DNA of 64,000 nt from Candidatus Thermosaccharophagus tengchongensis. Its GTDB lineage: Bacteria; Armatimonadota; Fervidibacteria; Fervidibacterales; Thermosaccharophagaceae. The notes under the pieces are model-generated. The model was given only the letters and a program-made list of their open reading frames with translations. It was not told the origin of the DNA and did no database searches. Shown here piece after piece: positions 58,759 to 64,000 of the stretch (the stretch's first letter is position 1; each line of letters starts with the position of its first letter). The stretch lies in assembly GCA_032161105.1 (NCBI GenBank), contig JAVHTD010000011.1. One strand, given 5' to 3'. The position numbers and the translations under genes are program-made.

Positions 58759-59631
58759 TCAAAATCTCTTCTCGCAGATGTCGTTAAGGATACACTCATC
58801 GCACTTCGGCTTTCTCGCTTGGCAAACGAGCCTGCCATGCCAAATCATTGCGTGGCTAAAGAATATCCAATGACGCCTCGGGACGATGCGCATCAAATCA
58901 AGCTCTATCTTCTCCGGATTCCTCTGGTCAGTTAAGCCGAGCCTCCGTGAGATGCGATGCATGTGAGTGTCCACAACTATCCCAGACGGTATCCCAAAGG
59001 CGATCCCAAGGACAACATTTGCGGTCTTGCGAGCCACTCCGGGCAACTTCAACAACTCCTCCATGCTTGAAGGGACTTCGCCACCATACTGCTCAACGAG
59101 CGCCTTGCCGAGCGCTTTTAGAGTCTTTGCCTTCTGGCGATAGTAACCCGTCGGCTTTATCTCCTTTTGTAGTTTCCTCAAGTTGGCATTCGCATAGTCC
59201 TCGGCTGTGCGATACTTCTGAAAGAGCGTTTGGGTGACTTGGTTTACCCTCTCATCGGTGCACTGTGCCGATAAGATCGTTGCAACGAGCAACTCAAGCG
59301 GATTTGACCAGCGAAGCGCCGTCGTCGCATTCGGGTAAAGCTTTTTCAACCTCCTGATGATCGTGCGCACGACTTTGATCTTTTCCGATGGCGCCTCTTT
59401 AACCTCTGCTGCTTCGGCTCCCTTTCGCCCTCTCCGATGACGCGCCATTTCACCCTCAACAGCGGCTTCAACTGCACCTTCACTCTCCGTTCCCTCCAAC
59501 CCCTTCACCTCAAGTTCCGCTGCAGCCTCCTCAACTGCTTCTTTCTGCTGCGGTTGTTCAAATGGTTTACCTTCAACCTCCGCCTCGCTTTGCTCATCCA
59601 TGATAACACGAAATTTATCCTCGCCGACCAA
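58759..59631 (-). CDS. nth: Endonuclease III with acidic N-terminal extension
   Basis: LSAQCTDERVN, HhH LPGVARKTAN, VDTH and the FeS motif CQARKPKCDECILNDIC. Confidence 0.95.
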   Translation of the reverse strand: MVGEDKFRVIMDEQSEAEVEGKPFEQPQQKEAVEEAAAELEVKGLEGTESEGAVEAAVEGEMARHRRGRKGAEAAEVKEAPSEKIKVVRTIIRRLKKLYPNATTALRWSNPLELLVATILSAQCTDERVNQVTQTLFQKYRTAEDYANANLRKLQKEIKPTGYYRQKAKTLKALGKALVEQYGGEVPSSMEELLKLPGVARKTANVVLGIAFGIPSGIVVDTHMHRISRRLGLTDQRNPEKIELDLMRIVPRRHWIFFSHAMIWHGRLVCQARKPKCDECILNDICEKRF

Positions 59632-59670
59632 GTCTCTTACACCCCCATTGACAGGGCATGGTTGGTGGGA

Positions 59671-60174
59671 TTAAAGCTGTTCCTCAAGCAATGCCCTGCT
59701 GTGCGCATCCAACGCCATGTAGTTTGGAATCTCATACGGGTTACCATCAGCATCCACTATTAGAACTCGCCCGCCAAGCAACAGCTGCACATCGTTTCGC
59801 TCACGCACAAGGAATTGCCTCCTGCCGCGATCCGTCTCCACATCCCACCTCGTCATCCCAAACTCAACCTTGATGGAATTGATCCTCACCACCCTTGGCA
59901 TGAAGTATCGTTCGGAGAGCTCGCTCTCAAGTGCTGCCCTTGACTTGGCATCCAATTGCTTGATGTCCCTGATGATCCCTATCTCCCTGTCATTCTCATC
60001 AAGGATACTTATCATCTTGTCCCTCGCCGTGAGCGGGAACAGGCGGACTGGCTTTATACGCCTGTAAACCGTGCCCATATAACTCATGCATAGCTCGCCC
60101 TCATCGCGCCACATGCGCAATTGCTTACAATCAAGCCATGGAAGTGAGTTCACCATCTCGCTCACTTTCGGCAT
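59671..60174 (-). CDS. DUF1854 domain protein
   Basis: PVRLFPL, EIGII, EL.ERYFMP, WDVETDRG, DADGN.Y and LD..SR. Confidence 0.85.
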   Translation of the reverse strand: MPKVSEMVNSLPWLDCKQLRMWRDEGELCMSYMGTVYRRIKPVRLFPLTARDKMISILDENDREIGIIRDIKQLDAKSRAALESELSERYFMPRVVRINSIKVEFGMTRWDVETDRGRRQFLVRERNDVQLLLGGRVLIVDADGNPYEIPNYMALDAHSRALLEEQL

Positions 60175-60228
60175 GTGAGATCACCATCGCCGCCCCTTCA
60201 GTTCGGGTTGTGCTCCTCAACTGATGCA

Positions 60229-60645
60229 TCACATTTGGGCACTCAACCCCTCTTCAATCAATGATGTCATCCTCTCAATTTCCGCCAACACTTTGGATAG
60301 GGGTTCGTTGATGCGATTGTCAAGGTGCCGAATTGAACTTGCGCATTCTGCAACCAACTTGAGCCCTGCAAGCATGACCAAATCACGCAGCCTCCGCGAT
60401 GTGCAACTTATCTCAACTAAAGATGATGCATCATCATGCTGGCGAATGGACAGGCTTAAGCTCCCAGTTCGCCCTTCCCCCTCCGGACTTAGCCACTCAA
60501 CCACTTCAACGCCGCTGAGCTCACCAAGTTCCTCAACCAGACGCACGCAACCATACTTGTGTAAGATGACCTGCAGCTTTTCTTCAAACACATGTGCCAG
60601 CCATGTCGGGAAGATGACCTTTATTACCTCAATCTCGCCCTCCAA
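60229..60645 (-). CDS. Hypothetical protein, translationally coupled to the antiporter
   Basis: 138-aa ORF whose TTG start overlaps the antiporter 3' end; SD GAGGTG. Confidence 0.6.
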   Translation of the reverse strand: MEGEIEVIKVIFPTWLAHVFEEKLQVILHKYGCVRLVEELGELSGVEVVEWLSPEGEGRTGSLSLSIRQHDDASSLVEISCTSRRLRDLVMLAGLKLVAECASSIRHLDNRINEPLSKVLAEIERMTSLIEEGLSAQM

Positions 60646-61942
60646 CTTCTTTCACCTCTTTCAACCTCGCTTGTAACCCGCTCTCTGCCACCCTGAAGAG
60701 CGGCACAAGCAAGATGGGTGCAAGGAATGTCGTAACGAATGTCATCATGACCGCAACACCAAATTCCTGAAGGTTAATCGCCCCTTTTGCCAAGCCAACA
60801 CCGGCAACTATGAGGGCAACTTCACCCCTTGGCATCATGCCCACCCCAATCCTTGAAGCCCCAAGCGAGTTAAATCCCGAGATAAACGCCGGCAAGCCGC
60901 ATCCGCCAACCTTCCCGATGATGGCGAGCAGTGTCAGGAGAAGCCCAAACAGCAGCGCACTCCCCATGCGCGTGAAGTCAACCATCATCCCCATCACCAC
61001 AAAGAAGATGGGGACAAGCACATGTGCAACCTGCCTTAACGCCTCTTCAAGGCGACCCGCAATTTCGGTCCGAGAGAAAGCCAATCCAAGAGCATACGCG
61101 CCTATGATCATAGCCAGCCCGACTGACTCCATTAGCGAAGCTGCAAGGAAGCAAAGCGATACGGCGAGCACAAGGCTTGCGCCCTCCGAATTGAACAGTC
61201 GGAAAGCGCTTGCAAGCATAGGTGCAGCGATGATCGCAACTGCTGTGAGTAGCACCCAAACACCGAACGCCTTTATAGCTATGATGCAAAGTTGAGCGGC
61301 TTCAACTCTGCCAACGGAAACGAGGTTGCTAACGATTGCAAGCACAATTATCCCAAGCACATCGTCAATGACTGCAGCCGCAAGTATTGTCACGCCCTCA
61401 GGTGTGGAGAGCCTGTTAAGCTCCGATAGAACCCTTGCTGTTATTCCGACGGATGTAGCAGTTGAGACTGCGCCCATGAATAGGGCTGATGGGTGAAAGT
61501 AACTGTCGGCGTAGCCAAGCCACACTGTAAGCACATCTGCGAAGATGAAGGGGAACACAACACCGCCAACCGCTACAAACATCGCTTTACCGGCGTAGCG
61601 GAAAAAAAGCGCAAGGTCTGTCTCCAACCCGATGAGGAAGAGCAGTATGACAGCACCAATTTGAGCCACACTCCAAAGCTCATTTGAGACGGGCACCACA
61701 CCCTCAACTGGCGCAAATAATGCGCCAGTTATGCCGGGAAGAAATTTGCCAATAGCGTAAGGCCCGATGAGCATGCCAAAGACGAGCTCTCCCAACACTG
61801 GCGGCTGCTTAAGCCACCTCTCAAAAACCTCGGCGAAAACCTTTGCGCCGATGAGTATGAATGAAAGCTGGAGAACAAGATGAGCTGCAACTTCAACCGG
61901 TGAGCCACCATGCCCCATATTCAATGCGTGAGCTCCTTCCAC
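60629..61942 (-). CDS. Cation:proton antiporter (CPA2 family)
   Basis: LFLIGLETD, ATSVGITARVL, AAVIDD, PIFF and GMMPRGEVAL. Confidence 0.93.
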   Translation of the reverse strand: MEGAHALNMGHGGSPVEVAAHLVLQLSFILIGAKVFAEVFERWLKQPPVLGELVFGMLIGPYAIGKFLPGITGALFAPVEGVVPVSNELWSVAQIGAVILLFLIGLETDLALFFRYAGKAMFVAVGGVVFPFIFADVLTVWLGYADSYFHPSALFMGAVSTATSVGITARVLSELNRLSTPEGVTILAAAVIDDVLGIIVLAIVSNLVSVGRVEAAQLCIIAIKAFGVWVLLTAVAIIAAPMLASAFRLFNSEGASLVLAVSLCFLAASLMESVGLAMIIGAYALGLAFSRTEIAGRLEEALRQVAHVLVPIFFVVMGMMVDFTRMGSALLFGLLLTLLAIIGKVGGCGLPAFISGFNSLGASRIGVGMMPRGEVALIVAGVGLAKGAINLQEFGVAVMMTFVTTFLAPILLVPLFRVAESGLQARLKEVKEVGGRD

Positions 61943-62104
61943 CTACTTGTCACCCACCTTAATCCCATCATTGACATTGCTGAAGCGCATTTTGAAGCGC
62001 TATGGCGAAATGGAGTTACAACAATACAACCCTTGCCACCTTTGCCTCAGTTACCAAACCCGACTTCGGTGGCGGATTCGCAATCAAACCCGAAGCTTAA
62101 TTCC

Positions 62105-62437
62105 CTATGCTTGCTCTGAAGCTTCCTGTCCCTCACTGGGCTGTTGAGCTGGCTGTTCGGGTTGTGTTTCCTTGGGGGCTTCAGAGGGTGGTTGCGCTTC
62201 AGCCGGTTTTGCTTCCGGCTTCGGCTGCGTTACGGCGCTTGTAGCTTCACGCCACTGCTTTGCTGCCTCATACTCGCTCCACCCTATGGCAGCAAGCAAA
62301 AGCCCACCGAGCAAGACAACCGGACCAAGCGCTCCCCAAAACATCGTTTTGAATTGTTCCCAACACACGATGATGAGCACCACTCCAGCCACCACGCATA
62401 TTATCCCGACCACCATGGCTACAATGGCACCTCGCAT
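62105..62437 (-). CDS. Small membrane protein with two TM helices and a Pro/Glu/Gln-rich tail
   Basis: Hydrophobic N-terminal half and low-complexity C-terminus; SD GAGGAGGG. Confidence 0.7.
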   Translation of the reverse strand: MRGAIVAMVVGIICVVAGVVLIIVCWEQFKTMFWGALGPVVLLGGLLLAAIGWSEYEAAKQWREATSAVTQPKPEAKPAEAQPPSEAPKETQPEQPAQQPSEGQEASEQA

Positions 62438-62521
62438 TTGCCATCCCCTCCTCTTGATGCATCTTCCTACGCCTTAGCGGCTCTTTTGCACCCTTAAACT
62501 TCGCCGATCAAGCCGCATTCA

Positions 62522-62530
62522 ATTGTAGCA
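62522..62530 (-). promoter_or_regulatory. Extended -10 promoter (TGcTACAAT)
   Basis: Near-consensus element about 85 nt upstream of the 62437 start. Confidence 0.45.
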
Positions 62531-62626
62531 TGTATTGTTCACATGCGCCAGTCATCTGTTTAGCATAACCTCGTCTACATCGGCGAATTCATCCGCCAGA
62601 AGAGAATGCCGAGTTAACCCAAACCA

Positions 62627-63697
62627 TCATGGTGTGAAATCGGAATCGCCCTTGACCTCTTGAATGAATGCTGCAAGCAGCTTCGCTGCATTTTCAAGGT
62701 CTCCAAGGGAAGCCATTTCAACTGGTGTGTGCATGTAGCGATTGGGGATACTTATCAAACCCGTTGCGACACCGGCTCTTGTCACCTGAATCGCATTAGC
62801 ATCTGTGCCTGTAGCCCTTGAGATACCCGCAACCTGGTATGGTATCCTGTTTCGCTTGGCAACGCTGATAAGCGTATCAAACACCTTGGGGTTGATGTTC
62901 GGACCTCGGTAGATTACGGGACCACCGTGAAGCCTGATTTCGCCAACCTGCTTTTTGTCAACCTCCGGGTGATCGCTTGCGAATGTGACATCAACTGCAA
63001 TCCCCACATGCGGTTCTATTCCAAACGCACTCGTGCGTGCCCCTCTCAAGCCCAACTCCTCTTGGACTGTTGAGACAGCAAACACAGCAGCATCAAACTT
63101 CTTTCCGGAGAGCATTCTTAGCGTCTCCATGACTACCCATGTGCCAACCTTATCATCCAAGCCGCATGCACAAAAGGTGTTGTTGCGCATGATTTGGAAC
63201 TTGAGGTCAAATGTCACCGGGTCTCCAATTGAAACGAGCCTCTCAGCCTCACGCTTCCCCCTTGCCCCAATGTCAACCCAAAGGTCACTCACCTTGGGCA
63301 ACTTCTCACGCTCAGCCTCCGGCAGCAGGTGGATCGGTTTCCTCGCTATCACACCGTGAACAGGCACGAGCTTGCCATCCCTCTTGGACCATACAATGAC
63401 CCTTTGACCTATGAGCACTGCCACATCAAAGCCCCCTATAGCGCTAACGAATAGGTAGCCGCTTTCGTCTATGTGCTGAACCATCAACCCAATCTGGTCG
63501 CAGTGCCCGGCGAGCATGATCCTCGGATGACCCGATGGATTTAATTCCGCTATGACATTGCCATGCACATCCTTTCGGACATTGTCAGCATACTTGGATG
63601 CCCATTCCATTACTACCTCCTGCACCGGCTCCTCATATCCAGAAGGGCTCGGCGTCTCAAGCAGTGCACGGAGGAACTCAAGAGATTCAGCGCGCAT
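62627..63697 (-). CDS. M42 family metallopeptidase (TET aminopeptidase/endoglucanase-like)
   Basis: SPSGYE, AGHCDQIG, LDDK, VQEELGLRGA, GTDA and RYMHTPVE. Confidence 0.95.
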   Translation of the reverse strand: MRAESLEFLRALLETPSPSGYEEPVQEVVMEWASKYADNVRKDVHGNVIAELNPSGHPRIMLAGHCDQIGLMVQHIDESGYLFVSAIGGFDVAVLIGQRVIVWSKRDGKLVPVHGVIARKPIHLLPEAEREKLPKVSDLWVDIGARGKREAERLVSIGDPVTFDLKFQIMRNNTFCACGLDDKVGTWVVMETLRMLSGKKFDAAVFAVSTVQEELGLRGARTSAFGIEPHVGIAVDVTFASDHPEVDKKQVGEIRLHGGPVIYRGPNINPKVFDTLISVAKRNRIPYQVAGISRATGTDANAIQVTRAGVATGLISIPNRYMHTPVEMASLGDLENAAKLLAAFIQEVKGDSDFTP

Positions 63698-64000
63698 CAG
63701 TGACTACCCCCCTTCCTGTGTCCAAGTGACTTTCATTCCTCACATCCATTTTGCGCACCGCGCAGCGCGATTTAAATCGGTGACAGCTGTGATAGAGCGC
63801 GTCATCATCGCTACAGACCAACGCAATCCGGGGTTAGATCAAACCGCCGTTGCACAACGGTCAAAGGAGATGGCTTTGGCGCCTGTCACGGCGCCGTTAA
63901 GTCTTCGTCAAATTTTAACGGCACGGCTCTCTAATGCAATCGCATTTCTCATCAGGGAGTGATCGCAAATGCTATACCTCGTCGCTTTCATCGCCGGTGG

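Noticed and set aside
63698..64000. Gene or ncRNA at the right edge
   Set aside because: Only a possible few terminal codons (TGDESDEV*) on the minus strand and a short GGCGCC hairpin; insufficient evidence.

Overview
A gene-dense bacterial chromosomal window. Gene content and style suggest a thermophilic member of Armatimonadota, possibly Fervidibacteria-like; this is inference. I found no tRNA, rRNA, CRISPR array, integrase or transposase. The window holds several housekeeping blocks: priA-def-fmt-TPR-small Cys protein-DUF1998 helicase; ftsK to moaDE-guaB-guaA-hpt-rho; gmk; and rpmH-rnpA-yidD-yidC-jag without dnaA. It begins with a double-cubane-type reductase/activase pair that runs off the left edge. 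Other genes include a NagB-deacetylase fusion, ccmAB, a GH15, an LPS kinase plus methyltransferase pair, and a large STN/LolA-like/TPR protein near a FecR-domain gene. A ~19 kb carbohydrate-use region (35.4-54 kb) encodes four large, poorly classifiable secreted glycoside-hydrolase-like proteins, a TIM epimerase, DUF4380, DUF1080 and a Zn dehydrogenase. Several families of REP-like palindromic repeats border and interrupt that region. Two real genes absent from the ORF track were translated by hand (1-1050 and rpmH), and several start codons were refined from Shine-Dalgarno (SD) position. The best candidates for something new are the non-canonical GH cluster, the STN-LolA-TPR/FecR pair, the possible keto-glycoside module and the REP/REPIN clusters. 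All are hypotheses that need database checks.
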